Of a stretch of DNA of 64,000 bases, positions 50,640-62,559 are shown one piece after another. The notes under the pieces were generated by a model that saw only the letters and a list, made by a program, of their open reading frames with translations, made no database searches and was not told the origin of the DNA. Source of the DNA: Heptranchias perlo (lineage: Eukaryota); assembly GCF_035084215.1 (NCBI RefSeq), contig NC_090346.1, positions 43,338,001-43,402,000 of the forward strand, in the 5' to 3' direction. The translations under genes were made by a program, and so were the position numbers. The first letter of the stretch is position 1. Every line of letters starts with the position of its first letter.

Positions 50640-51665
50640 AAAGAACTTGCATTTATATGGCACCTTTCACAACCTCAGGATACCCCAAAGAGCTTTACGG
50701 CCAACTTTTGAAGTGTAGTTACTGTTTTAATGAAGTAAATGCAGCAGCCAATTTGCACACAGCAAGCTCTCACAATCAGAACAGACAATAAACGACCAGA
50801 TCTTCTGTTTTTTAGTGATATTGGTTGAGGGATAAATATTGGCCTGAACACTCCTCTTCAAATTGTGCTGTGGGATCTTTTGCATCCACCTGAGAGGGTA
50901 GATAGCACCTTGGTTTAACATCTAATCTGAAAGACAGCACCTCCGATTGTGCAGCACTCCCTCAGTACTGCCAGCCCAGATTATGTGCTCAAGTCTCCAA
51001 AGTCGGGAAAAAAGCAAGGAAGTCATGATGAACCCTTTTTATAAAACAGTGGTTCAACCACAGCTGGAGTATTGTGTCCAGTTCTGGGCACTGCACTTTA
51101 GGAAAAATGTGAAGGCCTTAGAGAGAGAGTGAAGAGGAGATTTACTAGACTGGCTTCAGGGATGAGGGACTTTAGTTACGTGGATAAACTGGAGAAGCTG
51201 AGGTTGTTCTTCTTGGAACAGAGAAGGTTGAGAGGAGATTTGATAAAGGTATTCATATTCATGAAAGGTCTAGACAGAGTGGATAGAAAGAAACTGTTCC
51301 CATTGGTGGAAGGGTCAAGAACCAGAAGGCATAGATTTAAGGTGATTGGCAAAAGAACCAAAGGTGACATGAAGGAAAAACTTTTTTACACAATGAGTGG
51401 TTAGGATCTGGAATGCACTGTCAGGTGGGATGGTGGAGGCAGATTCAATCATGGCTTTCAAAAGAGAACTGTATAAATACTTAAAGAAAAAATTTGCAGG
51501 GCTACGGGGATAGGGCAGGGGAGTGGGACCAGCTGGATTGCTCTTTTGTGAAGCCGTCATGGACTCGGTGGGCCGAATAGCCTCCTTCCGTGCTGTAACC
51601 TTTCTATGGTTCTATGAACCCCCAACCTTGACTCAGAGGTGAGAGTGCTACCATGGAGCCAAGGA
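50640..51665. mobile_element. Minus-strand SINE split by a plus-strand CR1 3' fragment (~51010-51616)
   Basis: The SINE body stops at ...gtgctcaagtctc (~50998) and its head resumes at aacccccaaccttgactcagagg (~51617). Confidence 0.88.
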
Positions 51666-52401
51666 AGATACTTAATGTTCCGGGTACAATCTAGTCTTAG
51701 AAAGCAAATTGATTCAGTGAAATTTCTATTAAAAAAAAAATAGCAATAGTGCTACATTGTTTGTGCCTCAGCCTCAACCCTCTACAAATTTCAACTCATT
51801 CAGACCATGGCCTACATCCAAACGCACAAAGTCCCACGTTCCTTCTCCCAGTCTTTCCCCCAGCTTTGCTTGTTCCCCATGTCCCACCGAACTGACTAAG
51901 TGCCTCGTTTGCTTTCAAGATCTTGCATATCCTTGTTGCACTCACCCTCCGCTCCTATCTCGCAGGTCTACTCATGCTCCCTTTGCTCTACTGTTTGTGG
52001 CCACTCCTTCAACCAGTACTGTTTAGAACTCACTCCCTGAATCCCTCTCCCTTGCCACCTCTCCCTCTGCTTTCAAAAGCCTCCTAAAAAACCATCTCTC
52101 CCACCTTGTTTTCAGTTGCCCCTAGTGTTTCTGCTTTTCCTTCTTCCCTCCTACTCATTCAGTTATTTTTCCTCCAATCTGTAAATGCTCCTAGATGTCT
52201 TTCTGTACACAAGGAGCCCTGTAGAAATGTAAGTTTCTGTACATTCACAATTTAAAAACCCCAGCAAATTAACAATCACGAAGTCGATTGACTACATTAT
52301 AGTAACAAGTTGGTCTATTCTAATTGATGTTTTTGATCATTCTCAGCTACACTAAAATATGGACCAATTCTCCACTAGGAAAAATCAATGATCTGTTTAA
52401 T

Positions 52402-52612
52402 GAAATAAAAACAGAAAATGCTGGAAACACTCACCAGTTCAGGCAGTATTTGTGGAGAGAGAAATAGAGTTAACGTCTCAGGTCGGTGACCGGTCATTGT
52501 CCAAAAGTACGAACTCTGTTTCTCTCTCCACAGATGCTGCCTGACCTGCTCAGTGATTCCAGTACTTTTGTTTTTAATTCAGATTTCCAGCATCTGCAGT
52601 ATTTTGCTTTTG
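52402..52612. mobile_element. Palindromic non-autonomous element, probably Penelope-derived
   Basis: Inverted arms aaaacagaaaatgctggaaacactca...tgtggagagagaaa / tttctctctccacagatgctgcctgacctgct... Confidence 0.75.
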
Positions 52613-52752
52613 ATTTGCTAAATAACAGTCAATTACTAACTATTGTTATCCAAGCTAAGAAATATTTAAAAATATAAGTCTAAGTCTGGAACAACACCAA
52701 TATGATGCTGTGCACTTTGATAATTTCCTGTTATCAGTCTCCTTTGACTTAC

Positions 52753-53013
52753 ACACAGATCAGGCTTCAGTTTTCCATACTGTGTCGAGACCCAGAAACC
52801 TCTGCGATCTTTCAACTCTATGAAGGGCTCCTTGGGATACGTGTCCTTATATTTCTGGAGGAATCCACCTTCAAAATCAGCCAGCACTCCGTCCATGTCC
52901 ACCAAAACCCGCAGCCTCTCGCCCTCTAGCCTGTCTCCAGCGCTCTGCGCCACTGCGCCAAACAGTTTGCTCCCCGAGCTCCGAAGAGATGCAAATCTAG
53001 TCAGAAAGATCAT
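52753..53013 (-). CDS. NT5M: NT5M coding exon 1 (putative mitochondrial presequence + HAD motif I)
   Basis: MIFLTRFASLRSSGSKLFG...RVLVDMDGVLADFEGGFL...DLC|gtaagt. The ATG at 53013 has A at -3; a second in-frame ATG lies at 53061. Confidence 0.93.
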
Positions 53014-54211
53014 GGTCGGGCGCAATGGGAAAAACAATTTGCCTAAAGCAACCTTTCGCATTGGTATAAAGTCATAAGGGGAGGAAAAAAATATTTAGCC
53101 ATATACAATCAATGGAGGTCGCCACTGAAATATCCCTGCATACTCATGGTTGAGGTGCAACTGCACCGAAGTGGTCAATTAACGCATTGGTTACTTGCTA
53201 GGTGACCGAATGACCTCGACTTGCAATAAGCGCAATACCTAGCCGGAGCTCACTCCAGTATCTCGCATGATTAAAATCAAGCCCTACGGGCCCCTGCACA
53301 AGTGATCTGTCTTTTCATATATTGAGCAACTCAATATATAACTGGCCGCACAGTCCCGTTAATCTCCGGAAATTACGCGCTCCCCTTCTCTATAACCTTA
53401 AAGCTGGGTTACAAGGTTCCCCAGAGCTTGCAGGGATTCATCGAGATTTATTTATTTTCAGGGCAATGCAATCGAGTCAATGTCTGCCAATCCCTTCAAG
53501 TTGGAAAGATCATGTTTTTGTATTCCCTAAAGAAGTAAAGATTTTAAGAGCAGTGGTTACAAACAAAGTAAGCAACGTTTTGAACGGACGTTTAAGTGTT
53601 GTAGGGAAAATAAACTTCAGACAGTCTTTTAAAAGTGTACACAGAATGTAAAGGGTTTTGTTAAAAGTCAAATAAATGATTGAGCCAACCCATTAAAGCA
53701 AAAGTCTAATTTGTGACATTCAAATAAAAACAGTCTGTTTGAATATTGTCTACATTATTTCCCCCCCACTCTCCTGAAGCCATTGGCTTTGCTGCAAGAC
53801 AGTTTCATAGCCACTGGTTGTCTTCCAGTACGTTGCCCAAATGGCCATTCTTCAAGCTTGTCCCCTTTACGATGAGTGTTGCCATGATATTTGACCATGG
53901 AGTGCTCACAACTGATCATGTCCTCACCCATGACAAGGTAATAGGTGGCTGCTTGGTATCCATGAAACCAGGGTCCAAATTTGAGTAAACTTCACCTTCA
54001 GGAGAGAAGACAAAATTAGTGTTTTTTTTAAAAAAAGGTAAAATCATGTATACAGAAGATTGGCACTATTTTAAAATTATTTCCACATTCATAGGTTATA
54101 TACATAGTATTAAATGTACAATTAGAAAGGAGCGGATTTCATATGCCAAACATTCCTAAAACTTTATGTTCTCACCCCAATTCTGTGTGGGACTGGCGAA
54201 TTATGTTGGCA

Positions 54212-54412
54212 TAAAAACAGAAAATGCTGGAAACACTCAGCAAGTCAGGCATCTGTGGAGAAAGAAACAGAGTTAACGTTTTCTAACGAAGGGTCTTCGA
54301 CCTGAAACGCTAACTCTCTTTCTTTCTCCACAGATGCTGCCTCACTTGCTTGAATATTTCCAGCACTTTGTGTTTTTCAATTGCAGATTTCCAGTGGTTT
54401 TTTTTGCGTTTG
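54212..54412. mobile_element. Palindromic non-autonomous element with decayed hammerhead core
   Basis: Same family as 52402. Centre reads CTAACGA-A-GGGTC(ttc)GACCT-GAAA-CG. Confidence 0.75.
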
Positions 54413-54589
54413 ATTATATGCTCTAAATCCCCCCCCCCCGCCAAAATCCTTCTATTTTTAGCATTTTTTAAAAAAAAAACGATGCATACAAGTACCTGTT
54501 ACTTTTTTTTTAAAAACAAAAGTTCATGACCGTGGCAATGAAAAGAAGTGCATTATGATTTCTCTTGCCGAAAGGTGCTTTACAGCTTT

Positions 54590-55310
54590 AAGATGCTCTG
54601 CTCCTCCTCCTCCTCCTCCAGGCCCCGCCCCCAGCGTGCTGCTGCCCGCGAGCTTTAGCGAAAGCTCGCGAGAGTGGGCTGGCTGGCTGGCGAGCCGCTT
54701 CAATGCTGTGTCACGGCGTTTGAATGAGGAGCAAGGAGGCGGTTTGAGAAATGGCGTCCGCCTTGGAGCAGTTTGTCAACAGCGTGAGGCAGCTCTCCTC
54801 CCAAGGTAAGAGATGGCGGTGCCTGCTGCTATTTAAGCCTGTGGTTTTTTAAAAAAAAATATCTATTATTAATTTAAAGGGGAGGGGGGGGGGGAGGAGA
54901 TATGATGTGGGGGATGGGCGGGAGGGAGGGAGGGGAAAGCGGTTGCTGCTTCTTCCCTTCCCCTCTCGGCCGTTACCCTTCAGGGGCTGCCGGGACGCCC
55001 CTGTCCGACCGGGGCGGGTGGGGGGGTGGCCGCAGTGTTTTAAAACCTTCGCTTCTGTTCGGTGACCGACCCGGAGAGCATCCTCCGCTGGCGGTTTTCA
55101 CATCCACGGCCTGATCGGTGAGGGATATTTCGTGGCCTGTTTACTTCGGCGCAAAGGAACACCATGATACCGGAAGTACCCGCCTCCCTCCGATGATTGG
55201 CTGCTCTTCGAAGATTGACGGCCGATTCCGAGGGCGGGGCTTGTCCTCCGATCGCCGATTGGTTCCCGCGGCTGTCATTCATCGGCGCCCCTGCACTTCC
55301 GGTGTGAGTT
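54590..55310. promoter_or_regulatory. COPS3/NT5M CpG island
   Basis: GC box CCCCGCCCCC (~54623); CTCGCGAGA (BANP/ZBTB33-type motif, ~54665); ETS, CCAAT and GC-box cluster at 55170-55302. Confidence 0.8.
54751..54805 (+). CDS. COPS3: COPS3 coding exon 1 (MASALEQFVNSVRQLSSQ + 1 nt); gene continues beyond the right edge
   Basis: Peptide matches the vertebrate COP9 signalosome subunit 3 N-terminus. Donor G|gtaaga. Exon 2 not seen in the window. Confidence 0.95.
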
Positions 55311-55839
55311 GAGCTCAACTTACTAACATTGGGCCTAGCCAGGTAAAAGGTAGCAGTTAGTGGGGTTACAGAAGGGCGGTGAATTCTTGCGACACTACCC
55401 TCAAGGTATTTTGGGGACGTCTAATGTCATCCAAAAATCTATGCTATGCTACATTCTCTAAAGTGATTTACTTTCTTATATAATCGACTTTTGAATGTTA
55501 TAGGGTTAGTTCTTGCTGTAAAAAGTAGGCTTACAAGTCTAGTGTTACGAGAATATCAATAAAGCATAATGGTGTGCATTTTGTGGACTGTCCACCTGAA
55601 TTGTGGGAAAAAAAACTAGTACAACAACTATATATCTCAGCTGTCTTGTTTTAATCAGGGTGACCTGATATTAAGCAGCAGTAGACTCAGCAGGTTCTAC
55701 AAACAACATATTTCCCGGCCAAAGCGTGACCCAATTTCTATACACTTACACATTGTAGGTTGAGCGGGATATAATTGCAGCTATTGATTTTGTTCCTTGA
55801 AACATGAAATTAACTTTGAAATAGAAAACTCCAAGGTAT

Positions 55840-56140
55840 CCCAATCGACACCAAGTCCTGCTCACCCATCATTCTTGCGCTGAAAATTGGCTCCTGGTCC
55901 ACCAATACCTTGATTTTTAAAATACTCATCCTCGTGTTCAAATCCCTCTGTGGCCTCGCCCCTCCCTATCTCTTGAACCTTCTCCACCTTTAAAACCTAC
56001 CTCTTTAACCAAGCTTATAGTCACCCATCCTAATATCTCCATCTTTGGCTTGGTGTCAATTTTAGTCTGATCACGCTCATGTGAAGTACCATGGGGCGTT
56101 TTGCTACGTTAAAGGCGCTATATAAATGTATGTTGTGGTG
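55840..56140 (+). mobile_element. L2-type LINE 3' fragment
   Basis: tttaaaatactcatcctcgtgttcaaatccct...; tail aaaggcgctatataaatg, shared with the SINEs. Confidence 0.8.
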
Positions 56141-56829
56141 AAGTACTGGGGTTACAATTGTTTTTAAAAATTTGGTCTTGAGGTGTAGACAACCTGCAAG
56201 GCTACATTTATTACCCATCACTAGTTGCTTTGACAAGGTGATGGTGGGCCTTCTCCTTGACTAGCCGGAAGTCCTTGTGATGGCGCTTCGTGGGGAGTTC
56301 CAGGTTTCTGACCCGGCAACAATGAAGGAATGATATATGTCCAGCTCAGGATGGTGTGTAACTTGGTGCTGAAGGCGTTCCCACAACATTGCTACTCCTC
56401 TTGTTCTTGGTGGTAGAGGTCGCAGGGGAGGGTGGTGCTGTTAAAGTAATCTTGGTGAGTTGCTGCATTGTGTCCTCAAGTTCATACATACAACAGCTCA
56501 TGCTTGCAAATTTTGTTGGTTTGCAAGCATTTCTTTTAGTGATTCAGGCAGGAAATTTTAATATAGCTTTCTACGTGTTTAAATTTCCTGTGTGAATTGT
56601 ACTTAAGCTAGCAGGAAAGTCTTTAGGAAAAAAGAAGTGTCAAATTTTGGGATTTCCTACTGGAACCCTGGCAGTAATGATGGAAGGAATTTGAGGTGAT
56701 AAGTATTGTGCAAAAAGCCATTTCATAAGAGAGTAATGGTCTAAATGTGAATTTTACAGCACATTAAATAAGCTTAGTGACAATTCTGCAACCAATCCAC
56801 TCCCAGATATTGGAACTACATCAAATATC

Positions 56830-57220
56830 AGTTTGACACAGTTGGTAGTACTCTTGCCTCTGAGTCAGAAGGTTGTAGGTTCATGTTCCAGTCCAGTACT
56901 TGAGCATGTAATCTTGGCTGATACTTCACCGCTGTGCTGCATTGTCAGAGTTGCCATCTTTCAGATGTGCCTCATCTGCCTGTTCAGATGGATGTAAAAG
57001 ATCCTACAGCAATATTTGAAGAAATGGGGAATTCTGGTGTCCTGGCCAACATTCCTTCCTCAACTTACACCACCAAAAACAGTTTAATTTGCTTTGTGGG
57101 ATCTTATGTGCAAATTAGCCTACATAACAATAACTGCACTTTAAAAAGTGATTCACTGGATGTCATGTTGTTTGGAACGTATTAAGGACATGATGAGGTG
57201 TTCTATTAATGCAAGTTATT
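56830..57220 (+). mobile_element. Deu-domain SINE
   Basis: tRNA-like head, core and tail of the family. Confidence 0.82.
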
Positions 57221-57329
57221 ATTTCCTTCCTAGGAATTAAATGCTATTTCATCTTCTTTCATGTAACTACTTATTCTGTGCATGTTTTAGCTCTACAGTA
57301 TACAAATTATGATGCTTTAGTTGTCCTCC

Positions 57330-57780
57330 CAACGTCTCACCCATCACTCCTGTCCTCACTGATCTACAATGACTACCAGTCCCTCAACATCTTTAAAATT
57401 CTCATTCTTGTGTTTAAATCCTTCATGGCCTGGCCCTTTCCTATTTCTGTAATCTCCTCCAGCACTCCCCCCTCCCTTCCAAACACTCTGATTCCTGACT
57501 CTGATCTCATGTCTACCCTCCTTCTGGCCCCACCATTGGCAGCCACATCTTCGCCTGCCTAGGCCCCATGCTCTGGAATTCCCTCCCTAAACCACTCTGC
57601 CTCTCCTCCTCCATCACCACTTTTAGGACCTTTCTTAAAATCTACCTCTGACCAAGCTTATAGTGATCCCTCCTAATATCATCCCCTTTGGCACAGCATC
57701 CATTTTTTTCCTTGCATTTCTGTGAAGTGCATTGGGATGTTTGTTCTATGTTAAATGCACTGTATAAATTCAGGTAGTCA
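57330..57780 (+). mobile_element. L2-type LINE 3' fragment
   Basis: IFKILILVFKS motif; ctctggaattccctccctaaacc; family tail. Confidence 0.8.
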
Positions 57781-58544
57781 TTGTACCTTCAAACGTGGTT
57801 TTTACGACTTGTCTATCGGGTTGAAATTTCAGCACTGACCAAAGGCCAAAATGTCTCAATTTTGATTTTTACATTGGTGCAATATCTAGTGTACAACATA
57901 CTGTCCTCGTCTGAGCTTTTCAAAATGCAGCCTATAACTTGTGCAGTTATGTAACTTATCAAAAAAAATTTACAGCAGTTGTTGCATAATGTACTATTTC
58001 TGAAATGGTGGATGTGGTCATAACTTTAAATTACTCAACTCTAAATTCTTCTTTAAACATTGTTATAGCTTCTATTCTGTAGCAATTGTTTTACCCTCAT
58101 TGGTCCATGTGTAATAAATAATAATGGATATCCAATGGATTAAGAAGTAGCAAACTAACAAGTGCTTTTTAATGGTGCACAAAAAGAGTTCATTAATTAT
58201 ATCAGAACTTGCCTTTCATTTGTTTTAACTTAGCACTTTCAGTTGTGGGGTTGGAGCACCAATGTGTGGCCTTATGGGATACAGGTGTGATCTCCCAGTC
58301 TACTGATCTCAGCTGCCTGGCTGTGCGAGAGATGCTTCCCCTTGGGCAAAAATCAGGAAAAGCTTTTGACCCTGGATCAGTACTGTTTGTCTTCTAGCAA
58401 TGAGTTCTGAGTACTATTGATCGAGGACTGTGAGCTGGTTTATAAAGTTTTCTGTAGGGTGCTACATTGATTCTCTAGTGCGATGTGTCCGGACTGCTAA
58501 TATGTACCTGCAATTCATCAGTATCGACTGTCTAGAGGTTGGAG

Positions 58545-59208
58545 TTAGACAAATCTTTGAAGGCAGCAGGACCAGTTGAGAAAGCGGTTAAAAAAGCATA
58601 CGGGATCCCGGGCTTTATAAATAGAGTCATAGAGTACAAAAGCAAGGAAGTTATGTTAAATCTTTATAAAACACTGGTTCAGCCACAACTGGAGTATTGT
58701 GTCCAATTCTGGGCACCATACTTTAGGAAGGATGTGATGGCCTTAGAGAGGGTGCAGAAAAGATTTACTAGAATGGTTCCAGGGATGAGGGACTTCAGTT
58801 ATGTGGATAAACTGGAGAAGCTGGGGTTGTTCTTCTTAGAGCAGAGAAGGTTAAGAGGAGATTTGATAAGTGTTCAAAATCATGAAGGGTTTAGATAAAG
58901 TAAATAAGTAGAAACTGTTCCCATTGGCGGAAGGGTCGAGAACCAGAGGTCACAGATTTAAGGTGATTGGCAAAAGAACCAAAGGCGACATAAGAAACTT
59001 GTTTATGCAGTGAGTAATTATGGAATGCGCTGCCTGAAAGGGTGGCTTTAAAAAAAAGAATTGGATAAATACTTGAAGGGAAAAATTTTGCAGGGCTATG
59101 GGGAAAGAGCGGGGGAATGGGACTAACTGGATTGCTCTTACAAAGAGCCGGCATGGGCTCGATAGGCCGAATGGCCCCCTTCTGTGTTGTAACCATTCTA
59201 TAATTCTA
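58545..59208 (+). mobile_element. CR1 LINE 3' fragment
   Basis: LYKTLVQPQLEYCVQFWAPYFRKDVMALERVQKRFTRMVPG; same subfamily as 265-790 and 51010-51616. Confidence 0.92.
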
Positions 59209-59722
59209 TGACAGCAGAGACCAGAGTTTCTCTCCACAGGATGAGTGAGGGAAAGGAAGAAACACGGCTAAGTCACCCTGTGTTTTTTGGACTCTAGCTC
59301 TCGATTTCAGTGTAGTATTGATACACCGTTTACATAAATGAGGATGCTGTATTTGCCTCCAGTGGGAGAGAACATCACTTCGTAGTGTTGTTTCTTTTTC
59401 TGCTTCTGGAACAAGTGACCCCGGTATCAAATGGACATGGCAGATGCTGTCTCGCTGTCATCTTGCTCTGGAGAAAACTGTTTCCATTTGTTGCCTGTGG
59501 TGCTGAGTCCTGGGCAGTGTAGAGATAACACAACTCTGGAGGTCACTACCTGGATCCTCTGACATCAGGAAAGGACTTTGGTCAGAAGCGTAAACTCATG
59601 AATGTGACCTTCTGAATAACTGCATATGTACAGGTGCTGAGGTTGACCTCTGAACCTGCCTGCAGTAGGAGCTAGGCAAATGTGGAACATAGTGAGTTGC
59701 ATTATATTTCAGAAGCCCTTCC

Positions 59723-60940
59723 TTTTTTTTATTCGTTCATGGGATGTGGGCGTCGCTGGCGAGGCCGGCATTTATTGCCCATCCCTAATTGCCCTTGAGA
59801 AGGTGGTGGTGAGCCGCCTTCTTGAACGGCTGCAGTCCGTGTGGTGACGGTTCTCCCACAGTGCTGTTAGGAAGGGAGTTCCAGGATTCTGACCTAGCAA
59901 CGATGAAGGAACGGTGATATCTTTCCAAGTCGGGATGGCGTGTGACTTGGAGGGGAACGTGCAGGTGGTGTTGTTCCCATGTGCCTGCTGCTCTTGTCCT
60001 TCTAGGTGGTAGAGGTCGCGGGTTTGGGAGGTGCTGTCGAAGAAGCCTTGGTGAGTTGCTGCAGTGCATCCTGTGGCTGGTACACACTGCAGCCACAGTG
60101 CACCGGTGGTGAAGGGAGTGAATGTTTAGGGTGGTGGATGGGGTGTCAATCAAGCGGGCTGCTTTATCTTGGATGGTGTTGAGCTTCTTGAGTGTTGTTG
60201 GAACTGCACGCATCCAAGCAAGTGGAAAGTATTCCATCACACTCCTGACTTGTGCCTTGTAGATGGTGGAAAGGCTTTGGGGAGTCAGGAGGTGAGTCAC
60301 TCGCCGCAGAATACCCAGCCTCTGACCTGATCTTGTAGCCACAGTATTTATATGGCTGGTCCAGTTAAGTTTCTGGTCAATGGTGACCCCCAGGATGTTG
60401 ATGGTGGGGGATTCAGCAATGGTAATGCCGTTGAAAATCAAGGGGAGGTGGTTCGACTCTCTCTTGTTGGAGATGGTCATTGCTTGACACTTATCTGGCA
60501 CGAATGCTACTTGCCACTTATCAGCCCAAGCCTGGATGTTGTTCAGGTCTTGCTGCATGCGGGCTCGGACTGCTTCATTATTTGAGTGGTTGCGAATGGA
60601 ACTGAACACTGTGCAATCATCAGCGAACATCCCCATTTCTGACCTTATGATGGAGGGAAGGTCATTGATGAAGCAGCTGAAGATGGTTGGGCCTAGGACA
60701 CTGCCTTGAGGAACTCCTGCAGCAATGTCCTGGGGCTGAGATGATTGGCCTCCAACAACCACTACCATCTTCCTTTGCGCTAGGTATGACTCCAGCCACT
60801 GGAGAGTTTTCCCCCTGATTCCCATTGACTTCAATTTTACTAGGGCTCCTTGGTGCCACACTCGGACAAATGCTGCCTTGATGTCAAGGGCAGTCACTCT
60901 CACCTCACCTCTGGAATTCAGCTCTTTTATCCATGTTTGA
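59723..60940 (-). mobile_element. Young 5'-truncated CR1/L2-group LINE with largely open RT frame and A-rich tail
   Basis: ORF 59785-61092 contains ALDIKAAF, GVPQGSVLGP, FADD and WADKWQV. The first ~50 aa are read-through from flanking DNA. T-run at 59723-59730. Confidence 0.95.
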
Positions 60941-61619
60941 AAGCAGTACCGTATTGTAAATGAGGTATTGCATAGGGCCAGCAGCAGATGTGGTGTAAGA
61001 AGACATGAAAAAGGGACACATCGCAATATTAGTTTTGTGGAGTATAGCGCCAAGTTGCACGAGCCCTCAGTTGTTGCAGCCTTGAAACACAATACAACCC
61101 AGCTTTAAGAAAATAAGTTGTACATTAGATTTTATATTGGAATCTAACTTACACACAATAGCTATCAAAATTTGCATACAACACAAAAATGGGGAGCATG
61201 GTTAATGACCTTAGGGGCCAGTGTTGATATCATTGTTCTTGATGTATATAAATAATTTTGGTTATAGAGGGTACAATATCAAAGTTTGCAGATGACACAA
61301 AATAGGGTGTGTGGTTAACTCGTGAACAAGACCAAGTGTCTTCAGTGGAACAGACAAATTAGGAGACTGGGCAGATAGATGAAATTTAATGCAAAGAAAT
61401 GTGCGATACATTGGATGCTACATCCTCAATCTCTGATTTGAAGCAAGCAACATTGTCTTTAGTGTGAAGTAGTCAGAATGTGGGCCAGATTCTGAGCCAT
61501 TCTCTAGTGGTTCATTAGAGTGCCTGGGAGCAGAATGACTACCTGCACACTTGGTTGGTACATGCCTCAGTGGAGGGGATGTAAATGTGAGGAGAAAATA
61601 CTTTACTTTAAAAAAAAAT

Positions 61620-61958
61620 CAGTTTCCACTCCTCTTCCCAAGGTGCTAACTCTTGCTGGAATATGGTTATATGGAGGCTAGAGCCCACCATTACCTTGTC
61701 CAAGTGGCCATTCTATGTGTGAGCCTCAGTGGTGAGTATTTGACCATACAAGACATCACAGTGGCACCTGTCGCTGTTCTCATCTGATGGTAACACACAG
61801 ACATTTTCCAGCAGAGTAACTGCATAGTAATCAGGAGCAGAACCTCGGATTATATTTTCTTCCATCTTAGTCCATTGAGACATTGGCCAGCTGCTGAAAT
61901 GAGCTAACTTAATATGGATGGTAAATCCAACCTGGGATCTCCTGGTTTGTATGATTTA
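61620..61958 (-). mobile_element. Second dispersed repeat family, probably a SINE; related copies at ~1770-1900, ~8180-8260, ~37790-38130, ~53760-53930
   Basis: Shared motifs gtgctgactcttgctg, ccaagtggccattct and ccagcaggggtcactg; tRNA-like ccaggtt.ga head on the minus strand. Confidence 0.55.
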
Positions 61959-61959
61959 G

Positions 61960-62420
61960 TGTCAGCCATGGCTCAATTGGTAGCACTCGCACCTGGGAGT
62001 CAGAAGGTCGCGAGTTCAAGCCCCATGCCGGAGACTTGAGCGCATAATCTAGGCTGGCGCTCCAGTGCAGTACTGAGGGAGTGCTGCACTGTTGGAGGTG
62101 CTGTCTTTGAGATGAGATGTTAAACCGAGGCCTTGTCTGCTCTCAGTTGGATGTAAAAATTCCCATTGCACTATTCGAAGAAGAGCAGGAGAGTTCTCTC
62201 TGTTGTCATGGCTAATATTTATCCCTCAACCAACCTTACTGAAACACATTATCTGGTCATTTATTTAATTGCTGTTTGCGGGACCTGGCTCTGTGCAAAT
62301 TGGTTGCCGCATTTCCTACGTTGCAACAGTGATTACGCTACAAAAGTACTTAATTACCCGTAAAGCACTTTGGGACGTCCTGCAGTTGTGAAAGGCGCTA
62401 TATAAATGCAAGTCCTTTTT
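61960..62420 (+). mobile_element. Near full-length tRNA-headed Deu-domain SINE (SacSINE1-like)
   Basis: A box TGGCTCAATTGG and B box AGTTCAAGCCC; core gctgtttgcgggacc...aattggttgccgcatttcctac; L2-like tail aaaggcgctatataaatgcaagt. Confidence 0.9.
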
Positions 62421-62559
62421 CTTTTTTTAGTGCTATGCTGGCTGGCACCTTTTCCCCTTTGGCCATATTGGAGCTGAAAATAACCTTTTAATATGTTTTA
62501 AATTCAGAAAAAAGAATGCATGCATATTGTTTCACTGTACAGTTTTGTCACATAGTACT

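Noticed and set aside
53770-53995. Possible upstream NT5M exon with a small ORF
   Set aside because: Sequence matches the dispersed repeat family at 61620-61958; splice signals are unremarkable.
59785-61092. 435-aa ORF as a host gene
   Set aside because: It is the RT region of a 5'-truncated LINE; the N-terminal part is read-through from flanking DNA.
61960-62035. tRNA genes at SINE heads (also ~10430, ~18775, ~56835)
   Set aside because: A and B boxes are present but each runs into a SINE body and tail; no convincing cloverleaf.
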